Numbered from the stretch's first letter, positions 36,688 to 51,044 are shown. The stretch is DNA of 64,000 nt from Amphiscolops sp. MND2022 (GCA_964187785.1 OZ076416.1:19964001-20028000); one strand, 5' to 3'. Numbers and translations: made by a program. The notes: generated by a model not told the origin, from the sequence alone.

Positions 36688-39600
36688 CGTGTGCTGGCGA
36701 TCCACCGGTTTTGAGCTCGGTCGTGGCCATTTTAACCACTGTAGGAGCCACCGACATGGTTCCTGACAAATATCTTCGTGAATAAGTTCTAAGTCCCACA
36801 ACGTTTCGCCCAGGAATACTAGAACGCTGAAACTTCGTATTCAGGGCCAAATGTTTTTTCAACAGGAGTTGAAATTGATGGTGCACATCTCGTGCCTGAG
36901 GTTGATTCTTGCCAGCAAATCTCACGAGCCGAGTGGGAAAAACTCATCAGTCAAGCAAACCCAATGTTTTTGAACAATCCCCAGAAGCAAACCTTCTATT
37001 TGGAACAGGTTTGATTTTCGAAAAAATTGAGCGTCACGTCTACTTTTGTTCAGACCAAATAAAAAGACGCCAATAAAAAAACTCGGAGTCATCATATGAT
37101 GGTGAATATAGTGCGACAGAGACAGTTTTGTCTCGGCGGTAAGGAACATTTTTTGTAAAACGTTTATAATACACGTAGAAACTACTGTAAACTAACTGGC
37201 GCTACTGCTACTGTCTTTCTAGCACCACACCGGGTAGGATAGGGTGGTTTTTCTTGGCATTTTGCGGGAACATTATCATCTCCCACGGAGGGGAGATTTA
37301 ATGTACTTAACTGTTTTGTACTTTCGGATGGATAAGACACTGTCAAATCTTATAAAAATGGGTCATTTGGCCTTGAAGGGTGTAACTGACATTAATGTTA
37401 CTGTGCAATTATGCTTTAGTCCAACTTTTTTCTCAAAAATTTCCCAGTAATTCAGCAGTATATAATGCCTGAGAAAAGTCGTCCCACAGCATTTTTTTTG
37501 ATGAACGCTTTTGGGGGTCTGAGAATTTTTCTAGTGGTCGTAGACGCGCTGAATTCATACCACGTAAGCTGTACCCATAGTACTTGACAAAAATGAGTGC
37601 AATTTGGACCAACTCTTAGTGGAGCGATTTTCGGAGGGTGCTAGAGAAACCAGGAACGCCTAGAGACAGCCGGAGCATGACATCCAAGACCCCAAGAGAT
37701 CTAGAATAACGTAGATAAACGCCAGGAAGTAAAACAATCAGTCAATGAGTGGGATTTCTGACGTAGAAAACAATGGTAATCTTTTGTTTTGTCAAAAACC
37801 TACAAAAACCATTGAAACCGTCGACGCCCTAGAGACAGGTGGATCAGGACATCCAAGACCCCAAAAACAACAGCGGCCTTTGTGATCGGCAGAGGACTTG
37901 AAGTGCCCTAATTACAACCTCAATCCACGCTATAGGTATTGAAAAAGTGCATCATATGCTTTAAAAGAATTTTCACTCCCAAAGGTTTCCAGTAATTCAG
38001 CAAATAAATGCCTGAGAAAAGTCGTCCCAAAGCACTGTTTTGAGTTGTTCCAAAAATAGGTAAAGCTACATCCTGGCACTTTTTTGACGCCCTACAATTT
38101 CTATAGGAATTTTTGCAATAACCACTCAGTTAATCAGTGACCCTTCTTTGTTTTCCCAAAGACCACTGATGATGTTATCTGTTCTCTCTCAGGAGTAATG
38201 CATACCGGAAATGTATTTACGAATTAACAACAGAACGCTCGGAGCCATGTAAAATCAATTTCTAGATTCTCAATTGAATGTTTTGCATTCATAAGCATTC
38301 CATGTAGCACGTTGTTTGCTCTAATGACATATCATTTGTTTCAAATCGAAGCAGACAGTGTTCCTCCAGAAATGGTTACCTCAAAAGTGTTACTGATTTT
38401 TGTATCTTGCGGTTTTTAGTTTCTCAACGGAATCCTTATCAGGACCGCTGTTTCTCTGTGAGGTTTGACATTTCAGTCAATGATTGGCATTATTTATACC
38501 ATTAATTACAATAAAATTTTGCATGGTTATGTCATGGTAATAAACATATTCACAAAATGTACAATTCACCGACAGAATTTGAGTAAAAATTAAATGGATG
38601 TTAATATGTGGCGGCATAAGATTGAAGATGTATAAAAAGTTGAATATAAGTAATACGAGAATGAAGACAATTCAAATAAATGATGACGACTACAAAGGGA
38701 AACAATTCAAGTGGAAAAACCAGCTTGAAATCAAAATAAATTCATAATCGATAGTGTTTCAAACCAAAACAAAAAAGGTTCTATATTCAACTAACCATTG
38801 TTTCTTCAAGAAAAACAAAGTGGCGACATCCATGAAAAAGGATCAGAAATTGCTGTTAAACAAATTCAAGAAGCTCAGAATAAAGAAGAACGAGATAGAG
38901 TGAATAAGTAGGTATGTTTCGTTCAGAACTGCTCTCTGAGATCCAACTTTGAGCTTTTTAAACTCACATGAGCTAATTTGCTAATTTTGCTTGATAAAAA
39001 TTTTTCTTCGAGGAAAACGTTGCTACAGGTCCCCACTGAAACGCCAAGTTTGGAAAGAAAAAATCCAATTTTTATTTTGCATAGCTATTCAAGGTTGCCG
39101 AGACATAAGGAAGATTTGCTATTTTAAATGAGAAATCTCAAATTTTGACTTTTTTTATTGTTTCTCAAGTGACGAAGAAACCTTGGAAGTGGTGAGCTGT
39201 GGGCTTAGGTGAGTTATTTGAATAAGCATTGGACTGCAGTTAGCTCTATTTCCACTACACCCCTTCGGTGCATTTTTAATACCCAAATTTGTTATTTGAG
39301 TTTTCACAAAAAAAATTGAAAACAGCACGCTTTCGAACGTATATTCTCCCACAGACAGCGCGAAAAAAAATTTTTTTTACAAAATTATCCTAGAAGTAAA
39401 TTGATTGGTTTTTTGGCGTCACTATCGCTCACGAATGTTTTTCGATCTTACATTCGGAGACCCTGTGTACTTTTGTTCGAGTTGAAATAGCCTTTTTGTA
39501 GGTCCGAGTTGTGACAAAAACTGCTAAAACTACATCTTGGCACTTTTTTCACACCATACAATTTTTTTCGGAGTTATTTCAATAATAACCACTCGGTTGA

Positions 39601-41659
39601 TCAGTGGCCCTTGTTTGTTTTCCAAAAGACCACTGATGATGTTATCTGTACTCTCTCAGGAGTAATGCATACAGGAAATCTATTTACGAATTAACAACAG
39701 AACGTTCGGACCCATGTAAAAACAATTCTGTTTCTAAAGTTTCCTACCGGTGTCCTAATGGGTTTTTTGGTAGTCATCATGGCACATGGTGTCATCATGG
39801 TGTAGTAATGCTGTGACCTAAGAAGGGCACTGCCTTGACCACTCTGTTTTTTTGAGACCAGAAGGAGGCCACGGTCTAGTCGTGGGTGTCCCCAAGTGTG
39901 GTACTGTGTATCCCACGAGCTGAGAGCCTCCCCAAAAATACAGCATAAGGACTTCTACAACCAATTTCTCTAAACTTTGTTTACAGGTGGTTGTTACGTC
40001 CGACATTCAGATATGTCTTACATAGTTTTCAATAGTTTTCTCTATTACCATGCATTTTTCCTGCACTATACTTTGTGACCTCGTTTTCTTGTGAAACTCG
40101 TGTTCTTGACCTTATGAATGTATGAGTAATTTGAGGGTGCTTTGGGAAGTGTACTGCAAGCTGAAACGCTCTTTACTACATATAATCTATCGCATATGAA
40201 ACCCAGCTCAAGCAACGGTTACAATAACAATTGAGAAATGGGAAATTTGAAGTCACGGATTTTCCTATTAGGCCATGGAAACCAGCATGAAATCAAATTA
40301 ATTTCGTAATCGATAGTTTCAAACCAAAACAAAAAAGGTTATATTCAACGAACCATTGTTTCTTCAAGAAAAACAAAGTGGCGACGTCCAAGAAAAAGGC
40401 CCAGAAAGTGCTGTAAGACAAATTCATCAAGAAAGTCTATCAAATGGAAGTTTTCTGAGCAAAAACTCCGTACTGTTCTGAAATCTGTAAAGCAACTACT
40501 CCTGGTGACCTCCTAGTTGTCTTTTTTTATATATAATTATAATAAAACAATAAAAAACAATAATAAATTGTAATATTCGTACTTTCTGTAAAACATTAGT
40601 ATCATGAGGAAGCTCAGAATGAAAAAGAACAAAATAGCATCCCCGAAAGAATTTGTCACATAGATTTTAGGACATCTACATATGCAAACACATGATGTCT
40701 GAGCAAAAAGCTTAAATAGCACACAAATGAAACATACTTGAGAATTAGAATCAAAAGCATCAATAATTAGTGAAAACAACTTCGAAGGTAACTTCTTATT
40801 TAGAAAAAAACAAGTAAATTAGGAATCAGTATGATAATACATGCACATATCACGTCATGTTTTGACTTACATCTAATAATGCTTGAATCGAAATCGATCA
40901 TAAGATTGTTAATCAGATGCGGAAACCAAGTAATAATTATTACAAGTACGATATCAATTATTGATAATAGTAAAAAGAAAAAACCATTCGATAAAAAAAG
41001 AAAAACAAAACTAATTGAATGCTTAGTTCGGTGATCACGGGGGAATAAGAAAATGGAGCACCAAAAAACGATTGTCGGATGAAGCACCGAAGAGCTCCCT
41101 CAAATGAAGCACCAAAAACGGATTGTCATGTATCTAGGACGGCCTCCCTCTTGCACGATTGCGCCCATTGATGATTCTTCAATAGGGTGACTACGGCGTA
41201 GATCTTTGAATTCTTCAAAATAAACTCTATCTCGTTAGCTTTTTATATCGTTGCCCAGGTAAATTGAATCATTGTGTGAGTGCTTTTTGGAAAAATTCGA
41301 AGTCAATCAATTTGCGCCATGAACATATTGGGACGATGAATGGTCTGACTTTGTCATGCCTTCAGCGCCAAAAAAAGACATCAGACATCGTCACGGTTTC
41401 AAAAAACCCAATAATTGTGCGGTCCAGAAGCGTGTTCCCAGGAAGAACAGCGATGTTAAAAGGAAGAGTGTATTTGATTGAAATACAGGGGATATCGCTG
41501 CGAGAAATTCCGCGGTGATTTTCGACTCTGTCCGTTGCGTTTGTCAGTTGAGTAGTCATGGATCCAATACTTTGGGGGTACTCTTTCTTCTGAATGTAAA
41601 ACAATTCGGGACCCTTGGAGTAACAGATTCTGGTGGAAAATTCACTCTTCCGAGATTTG

Positions 41660-44600
41660 GAATAAGGAGGGAAGCGGAGGACCTGTGTCGTAGATGAATA
41701 TCAGCGGCAAGGGTTTCACGTACGAAGAAGATTCTACACTGTGTTGCTCTGCATGGCATGACTCAGTTTCGGTAGTTATCCGCTCAGGTTCAGTGTGCGG
41801 CTTCCTTGGGTTTGGTTTCACGTTGTTTTTTCCGTGGGGAAGACAATCTGGGGTTTGAAGGTCTCTGTTCAACAGCAGCTGCGTCTCCCAGAAGATTCAA
41901 CAAATCATCTGACCCAGTTTTGGTAGTTGTCCGCTCAGGTTCAGTGTGCGGCTTCTTGGTATAGTTTAAGGTTAGAAATACGCGACAAGGTTCGGTGGTG
42001 TTCTTAGGAAACAGGCTCTAATTAGGGCCTTTTTAACACCCAAATTTGCTATATTTGAGTATTCACAAAAAAACTTTTTTTGAGGAAAACAGCACGCTTT
42101 CGAACGTATATTCTCCCACAGACAGCGCGAAAAAACAAATTTTTTTTACAAAATTATCCTACAAGTAAATTGATTGGTTTTTTGGCGTCACCATCGCTCA
42201 CGAATGTTTTTCGATGTTACATTCGGAGACCGTGTGTACTTTTGTTCGAGTTGAAACAGCCTTTTTGTAGGTCCGAGCTGTGACAAAAACTGCTAAAACT
42301 ACATCTTGGCACTTTTTTCACACCATACAATTTTTTTCGGAAATATTTCAATAACCACTCGGTTGATCAGTGGCCCTTTTTTGTTTTCCAAAAGACCACT
42401 GATGATGTTATCTGTACTCTCTCAGGAGTAATGCATACAGGAAATGTATTTACGAATTAAGAACAGAACGTTCGGACACATGTAAAAACAATTGTTTCTA
42501 AAGTTTCCTACCGGTGTACTAATGGGTTTTTGGTAGTCATCATGGCACATGGTGTCATCATGGTGTCGTAATGCTGTGACCTAAGAAGGGCACTGCCTTG
42601 ACCACTCTGTTTTTTGAGACCCGAAGGAGGCCACGTTCTAGTCGTGGGTGTCCTCAAGTGTGGTACTATGTATCTCACGAGCTGAGAGCCTCCCCAAAAA
42701 TACAGCAAAAAGACTTCTACAACCAATTTCTCTAAACTTCTGTTACGTCCGACAATCAGATATGTCTTACATTGTTTTCAATAGTTTTTTATATTACCAT
42801 GCATTTTTCCTGCACTATACTTTTTTGTGACTTCGTTTTCTTGTGAAACTCGTGTTCTTGACCGTATGAATGTATAAGTTGAGGGTGCTTTGGAAAGTGT
42901 ACTGCAAGCTGAAACGCTCTTTACTACATACAATCTACCGCATATGAAACCCAGCTCAAGCAACGGTTACAATAACAATTAAGAAATGGGAAATTTGAAG
43001 TCACGGATTTTCCTATTAAGCCATGGAAACCAGCATGAAATCAAAATAATTTCATAATCGATAGTTTCAAACCAAAACAAAAAAGGTTATATTCAACGAA
43101 CCATTGTTTCTTCAAGAAAAACAAAGTGGCGACGTCCAAGAAAAAGGCCCAGAAAGTGCTGTAAGACAAATTCATCAAGAAAGTCTTTCAAATAGAAGTT
43201 TTCTGATCAAAAGCTCCGAACTGTTCTCAAATCTGTAAAGCAACCACTCCTGGTGACCTCCTAGTTGTCTTTTTCTTATTTATAATTATAATAAAACAAT
43301 AAAAAACAATAATAAACTGTAATAATTGTACTTTCTGTAAAACATTAAATCATAAGCGAAGCTTATGATGTGCTCTGGACATATTAATTGCTCAGTTGTT
43401 TAGTGATATATTTATTTTAATAAAAATAAACGACAAACACCTTCTACAGAATTAAAGATAGCTGCATCTGGAACATAAGCCGGAACTCAAAACCTACCTT
43501 CTGATTCAGGAAAACAAAGTGGCGTCGTCCAAACTGGTTGATTTTATTGGGCAGTCTTTTTTGCCTCACAAACTACCCTCGTCTTTTCAGACCAATGTCT
43601 TTCCGGATTCGCTAAGCAGCACTCTCCGTGTTGCAAAATTATGTCGGGACGATGAATGGTCTTTGTCATGCCTTTAGCGCCATGGCAGGTATGTTTCGTT
43701 CAGAGCTGCTCTCTGAGATCCAACTATGAGCTTCTTAAACGAAGATTTGGAATAAGGAGGGAAGCGAAGGACCTGTGTCGTAGATGAATATCAGCGGCAA
43801 GGGTTTCACGTACGAAGAAGATTCTACACTGTGTTGTTCTGCATGGCATGACTCAGTTTCGGTAGTTATCCGCTCAGGTTCAGTGTGCGGCTTCCTTGGG
43901 TTTGGTTTCACGTTGTTTTTTCCGTGGGGAAGACAATCTGGGGTTTGAAGGTCTCTGTTCAACAGCAGCTGCGTCTCCCAGAAGATTCAACAAATCATCT
44001 GACCCAGTTTTGGTAGTTGTCCGCTCAGGTTCAGTGTGCGGCTTCTTGGTATAGTTTAAGGTTCGAAATACGTGACAAGGTTCGGTGGTGTTCTTAGGAA
44101 ACAGACTCTAATTAGGGCCTTTTTAATACCCAAATTTGCTATATTTGAGTATTCACAAAAAAACTTTTTTTGAGGAAAACAGCACGCTTTCGAACGTATA
44201 TTCTCCCACAGACAGCGCGAAAAAACAATTTTTTTTACAAAATTATCCTACAAGTAAATTGATTGGTTTTTTGGCGTCACCATCGCTCACGAATGTTTTT
44301 CGATCTTACATTCGGAGACCGTGTGTACTTTTGTTCGAGTTGAAACAGCCTTTTTGTAGGTCCGAGCTGTGACCAAAACTGCTAAAACTACATCTTGGCA
44401 CTTTTTTCACACCATACAATTTTTTTCGGATTTATTTCAATAACCACTCGGTTGATCAGTGGCCCTTTTTTGTTTTCCAAAAGACCACTGATGATGTTAT
44501 CTGTACTCTCTCAGGAGTAATGCATACAGGAAATGTATTTACGAATTAAGAACAGAACGTTCGGACACATGTAAAAACAATTGTTTCTAGTTTCCTACCG

Positions 44601-45420
44601 GTGTACTAATGGGTTTTTGGTAGTCATCATGGCACATGGTGTCATCATGTTGTCGTAATGCTGTGACCTAAGAAGGGCACTGCCTTGACCACTCTGTTTT
44701 TTTGAGACCCGAAGGAGGCCACGTTCTAGTCGTGGGTGTCCTCAAGTGTGGTACTATGTATCTCACGAGCTGAGAGCCTCCCCAAAAATACAGCAAAAAG
44801 ACTTCTACAACCAATTTCTCTAAACTTCTGTTACGTCCGACAATCAGATATGTCTTACATTGTTTTCAATAGTTTTTATATTACCATGCATTTTTCCTGC
44901 ACTATACTTTTTTGTGACTTCGTTTTCTTGTGAAACTCGTGTTCTTGACCGTATGAATGTATAAGTTGAGGGTGCTTTGGAAAGTGTACTGCAAGCTGAA
45001 ACGCTCTTTACTACATACAATCTACCGCATATGAAACCCAGCTCAAGCAACGGTTACAATAACAATTAAGAAATGGGAAATTTGAAGTCACGGATTTTCC
45101 TATTAAGCCATGGAAACCAGCATGAAATCAAAATAATTTCATAATCGATAGTTTCAAACCAAAACAAAAAAGGTTATATTCAACGAACCATTGTTTCTTC
45201 AAGAAAAACAAAGTGGCGACGTCCAAAAAAAGGCCCAGAAAGTGCTGTAAGACAAATTCATCAAGAAAGTCTTTCAAATAGAAGTTTTCTGATCAAAAGC
45301 TCCGAACTGTTCTGAAATCTGTAAAGCAACCACTCCTGGTGACCTCCTAGTTGTCTTTTTCTTATTTATAATTATATTAAAACAATAAAAAACAATAATA
45401 AATTGTAATAATCGTACTTT
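41660..45420. repeat. Tandem duplication, offset ~2090 bp (41660-43340 vs 43745-45420); older copy at ~39260-40530
   Basis: ORF pairs 41642/43735 and 42648/44736. Confidence 0.9.
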
Positions 45421-45763
45421 CAATTGAAAATGCGGGAGCCAGAAAACAACTTTATGAGATCCAATTGAAAATGCGGGAGCCAGAAAACAACTTTATGAGA
45501 TCCAATTGAAAATGCGGGAGCCAGAAAACAACTTTATGAGATCCAATTGAAAATGCGGGAGCCAGAAAACAACTTTATGAGATCCAATTGAAAATGCTGC
45601 TTTTTTTGATGATGCACTGATGAAATTTGTTTAATTTTTGCTATTTTTCAGATTTTCTTGATAATGTCAACAGAAGTTGACGAAACGTCGAATTTATGAA
45701 GTTTTTATTCTGCCACTCTTTTCTCATAAAGTTGTTTTCTGGCTCCCGCATTTTCAATTGGAT
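45421..45763. repeat. 41-bp minisatellite (4.3 copies, 45421-45597) with one inverted copy at 45722-45763; MITE-like
   Basis: caattgaaaatgcgggagccagaaaacaactttatgagatc at 45421, 45462, 45503 and 45544; its reverse complement follows ~125 bp after the array. Confidence 0.85.
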
Positions 45764-47119
45764 ACTTGTTCCACCACGAAATTTCAAAAATTTTCAAATT
45801 GAAACCATGGAAATAAAGTAAAAGCTAATTTATTTACCTTGATTCAACCGTGGAGAAGTAGAGTGCATAAGGATTGCATTCAACCATTCCAAATCAAAAG
45901 CAACCGAACAATAAAAAAAACATCGACAGTCAGCCTGCTATTTAATACGTTACATAATTCTACTATTTGGTGCTTTGAGTATTGCGGAAAGGTCCGTTTT
46001 CCACAAAAAAAGTAATCTCTGATTTGCCTCCAAAAGTAATAACTGAAAGATGAAGCAACACTCACATTGGTATATTCTCTTCATTGCAACAGTACAGTCA
46101 AAATTCAGTTAAAATTCATACACTAGTGCCTCGCGCGCAACTTCAAGGTTGACAATAAAAAAACAATCCTGTCTATTCCTGTCTATACCAACAAACAATG
46201 CATAGACATTGTCAAAAACGCCCATGATGGAGCAAAGCATGAAATTGATGACGTTTATCGGATGCAGTACTTGATTGTTCGCAATTGAGATTATGTTCGT
46301 CTGTTCCAAAAATGAATATCATCAGTCAAACTGCTGTCTATTACAAAATTTCAATAATTAATAACCTCTCCTGCTAATGTTGCGAAGTGTCTTCAAATGA
46401 AGAGTTTGAGTTCCACGTCACATAGTGAAGAGCTGGGAGCTAATTCAAGTGGGAAAAAGTTGAAAGATATTGAGTAGTAGTCTGTTACTACTCAACAGAA
46501 CAAGTTCAACCTGTACAGCTGAAAAGTCTGGTTTTACTCGATATCTGTTCACTTTTAGGAAGTTTCGTCTAGAAAATCAAAGATGAGGTTGAAAAACATC
46601 AATAATCACAGTGGTATCTATTCCAACGCGAAAATGCAACAATCTGCATAAGTTGGTAATTGAGGATAAAGTAAAAACAAAGCTAAGTACACTAATTGAT
46701 CTCAAAAGTTTTCCGGAATCAAGTTGCAGATGCTGAAAACACCAACAATCAAATTGATTCAATTGAAATACGAAATTGAAACAATACCTGAGATAGAAAA
46801 CTCGACATAATTCACTCCAACGCAATACAACAATTATTACAGCGAGATATTAGCATCACATCCTGGAGAGGGAGGGCTGAATTTTTCTAGTTGAAGTACA
46901 ATTCAACAGAAACCAGACAGAGGACTACTCGTTCCTGTAGAGCGAAGGGTCCTTGAATTCTTTGTATAGTCCATCGAATTTCGAAACGACAGTTGTACAA
47001 TAAGTCCTAGAAATTTTGAAACGGAAACAAGAAGACTGTAAGAAGCTCCAAAAAAAGAGCTAAAGTATACAGGTCGTATTACTTTGAAAATACGACCTTG
47101 GCTGTATTCTCGTTTATTA

Positions 47120-48995
47120 AGTGTCTACCGGAGTCTCTTTGGTTAATCTCAACCCAACCATGGAGAGTAGAATTTGCTCAATCTACCTGCTCCAAGAGAG
47201 GTTAACCAATACTAAGACCCCAGTAGACACTCGTACTGTGCAGGCTGGGTTAGGCCCGTCTTACCCAGTACATTGTGTCTACATCATGGGAGTAGTGAAA
47301 TTACCAAATAGCAAATGAGAGGAAGACAAAATTTGCACAAGGAATCGGAAGAAAAATCGACAAAAACGGAAGTATACTAAACAAAACCATTTTATGCGAC
47401 AAAGACAAACTATTCACCAAAATGTCACAAATAAACAATATTTTTTTCAATCGAACTTAGAAGATCCCTTAAAATATTACTCAAAACATTTGAAAAACAA
47501 AAATGGTGAATATAATCAACAATTTTTCAAACCGACAGAACTTATCCCCTATGGAAGTACACTAAAGTAAGCCATTTTGAGTTAAAGACATTTAAAAAGC
47601 AAAAATGCTGGATATAATCAACAATTTTTCAAACCGACAGAAGTTGTCCCCATGAAAGTACACTAAAGTAAGTCATTTTGAGAGTTAAAGACAAATGAAA
47701 CACTAAAATGCTGGACATAATCAACAATTTTTCAAACCGACAGAACTTATCCCCTATGGAAGTACAACAGGACACATGATTTCAAAGAAACAATTTTCAA
47801 AATCTCAAGCTCTCCACTACGAAAAAAGAAGACATTCCATGCCACGTAGAGAAATTGCATAATTTACATGTGATACCGCCATATAGTCTGTGTAGAGGTA
47901 TTTAAACTGAAGAGGAAGAAAAGTAAAGATTTGAATCGAATCGAATCGAATCAGTACTTGTGCAGGAGATTTCGAGTGCCTACTGGAGTCTTTGATTAAC
48001 CTCAACCCGTTTCTTGAAGAGTAGAGCACTAACGGTCTACCTGCTCCAAGAGAGGTTAACCAATACTAAGACCCAGTAGACACTCGTACTGTGCAGGCTG
48101 GGTTAGGCCCGTCTTACCCAGTACATTGTGCCTACATCATGGGAGTAGTGAAATTACCAAATAGCAAATGAGAGGAAGACAAAATTTGCACAAGGAATCG
48201 GAAGAAAAATCGACAAAAACGGAAGTATACTAAACAAAACCATTTTATGCGACAAAGACAAACTATTCACCAAAATGTCACAAATAAACAATATTTTTTT
48301 CAATCGAACTTAGAAGATCCCTTAAAATATTATTCAAAACATTTAAAAAACAAAAATGGTGGATATAATCAACAATTTTTCAAACCGACAGAACTTATCC
48401 CCTATGGAAGTACACTAAAGTAAGCCATTTTGAGTTAAAGACATTTAAAAAGCAAAAATGCTGGATATAATCAACAATTTTTCAAACCGACAGAAGTTGT
48501 CCCCATGAAAGTACACTAAAGTAAGTCATTTTGAGAGTTAAAGACAAATAAAACACTAAAATGCTGGACATAATCAACAATTTTTCAAACCGACAGAACT
48601 TATCCCCTATGGAAGTACAACAGGACATATGATTTCAAAGAAACAATTTTCAAAATCTCAAGCTCTCCACTACCAAAAAAAGACATTCCATGCCACGTAG
48701 AGAAATTGCATAATTTACATGTGATACCGCCATATAGTCTGTGTAGAGGTATTTAAACTGAAGAGGAAGAAAAGTAAAGATTTGAATCGAATCGAATCGA
48801 ATCAGTACTTGTGCAGGAGATTTCGAGTGCCTACTGGAGTCTTTGATTAACCTCAACCCGTTTCTTGAAGAGTAGAGCACTAACAGTCTACCTGCTCCAA
48901 GAGAGGTTAACCAATACTAAGACCCAGTAGACACTCGTACTGTGCAGGCTGGGTTAGGCCCGTCTTACCCAGTACATTGTGTCTACTCTATGGGA
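47120..48995. repeat. ~852-bp tandem duplication (2.2 copies) with an internal ~100-bp triplet and a SINE-like block ending in (GATTC)4 on the minus strand
   Basis: ctacctgctccaag at 47183, 48037 and 48888; gaatcgaatcgaatc at ~47933 and ~48784. Confidence 0.85.
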
Positions 48996-49080
48996 GCTTT
49001 TTTTTTAAAAAAAAAAGGTGAACATTTCGATAAATTAATGAAATACAAAGAACAAAACTTTAGCTCACTAAGCTGAAAGC

Positions 49081-50045
49081 AAAGACGAGTTAAAGAAATA
49101 ATATAGCTCTAAAATGACGGAAATTTAGACCAAATTGTCAATTGGACAGAGGTTACCCAAGGTATGTTGCACTGGAATGCTGCCATTTTTACTCAAAGAC
49201 AAGTTAAAGAAATATTATAGCTCTAAAATGACGGAAATTTAGACCAAATTTTCAATTGGACAGAGGTTACCCAAGGTATGTTGCACTGGAATGCTGCCAT
49301 TTTTACTCAAAGACAAGTTAAAGAAATATTATAGCTCTAAAATGACGGAAACTTAGACCAAATTGTCAATTGGACAGAGGTTACCCAAGGTATGTTGCAC
49401 TGGAATGCTACCATTTTTACTCAAAGACAAGTTAAAGAAATATTATAGCTCTAAAATGACGGAAATTTAGACCAAATTGTCAATTGGACAGAGGTTACCC
49501 AAGGTATGTTGCACTGTAATGCTGCCATTTTTACTCAAAGACAAGTTAAAGAAATATTAAAGCTCTAAAATGACGGAAATTTAGACCAAATTTCAATTGG
49601 ACAGAGGTTACCCAAGGTATGTTGCACTGGAATGCTACCATTTTTACTCAAAGACAAGTTAAAGAAATATTAAAGCTCTGAAATGACGGAAATTTAGACC
49701 AAATTTTCAATTGGACAGAGGTTACCCAAGGTATGTTGCACTGGAATGCTACCATTTTTACTCAAAGACAAGTTAAAGAAATATTATAGCTCTAAAATGA
49801 CGGAAATTTAGACTAAATTTTGACATAGACAGAGGTTACCCAAGGTATGTTGCACTGGAATGCTACCATTTTTACTCAAAGACAAGTTAAAGAAATACTA
49901 AAGCTCTGAAATGACGGAAATTTAGACCAAATTTTCAATTGGACAGAGGTTACCCAAAGTATGTTGCACTGGAATGCTGCCATTTTTACTCAAAGACAAA
50001 GAAATTTTATAGCTCTATAAATATTATGGAAATTTAGACTTTTAG
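49081..50045. repeat. Tandem array, 114-bp unit, ~8.4 copies
   Basis: aaagac marker at 49081, 49195, 49309, 49423, 49537, 49650, 49764, 49878 and 49992. Confidence 0.95.
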
Positions 50046-50359
50046 ACCAACGTAATTATCAATTAGACTTTCAGTTTTGCGTGTGTGTGGATACGAAATA
50101 TATATTCTGATAAATGTATGCAGGAGATATAGCTCTAAATGCAGTGTTTGCTCAAAGTTTTCTTTGACTTAACTGGAGAGTAGTAGCGTCTCATAGTTGT
50201 CAGGTTCATTGTATTCCTTGACCATTCTTTGATGTTGAACAGTGGCGATGATCTGTAAACATGAAAGTCATTGAAAGCACTGGGAGCAAGGTTTTTCGTA
50301 TTGGTTTTTTTTGGTTACTCTAGTTAATAAATCATGAATTTAGACAAAGCAAATAACCA

Positions 50360-50902
50360 ACCTGTATTAGTTTTGCTTGAGTTGTTGCTGGTTTTTTTTG
50401 GTTGCTGCTTCTTGTCCGTTTCGCTTTCTCATTCATTGTACTGATTGTTGGAATTTTGAATTGGAATAGAAATCACAATAATCTTCGATGTTTGGCTATC
50501 TCTGAAACATTCAGAATCAGGAAATTCAGGATTGAAAAGAATTGGTGTACTTAATTCGTTTCAAAATCACTTGAATTGTGAAGATCGGTCAATTCGCAGA
50601 ATGTCCAGTTTTTTTAAAATAATAAGTTAAACACTTACCAAGCAATTGTTGTTTTTGCTCCAGGTAAAATGGCTGCTGGATTTTCTGGAGTTTTGATCGC
50701 TGTGATTGCTATTTGAAAGTATCTGAAAAATTATCTGCACATGGGCGAAACAACTCTTGGGCTTTTGTGCAATGACATGAAAGCTGTAACAAATTAAATA
50801 AGAAAGAAGCTGTCGACTTGGTTTATATCAAAAGATGAGACCTCACCCAGTTGCCTGACACACAATTCAAGATCACTTGAGAATTGCAAACAATAACCAC
50901 AT
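50360..50902 (-). pseudogene. Possible spliced gene remnant in the right arm, transcribed inward
   Basis: Minus-strand donors GTGAG (50846) and GTAAG (50638) and acceptor TTTTCAG (50723) frame an open 84-bp exon. A hydrophobic start MWLLFAIL lies at 50902. Stops and a frameshift are present. Confidence 0.25.
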
Positions 50903-51044
50903 GAGATTTGTAAACAAAAACCACTTGAAATATTTCCGCGGAGAGCAACTTTACAATCACCATATGCTCGCAGTACATAAAACTAATCAACCATAAAACC
51001 ACCAGCGTCTAGATTTTCCATATTAAGCGCCGTAACTAATGAAT

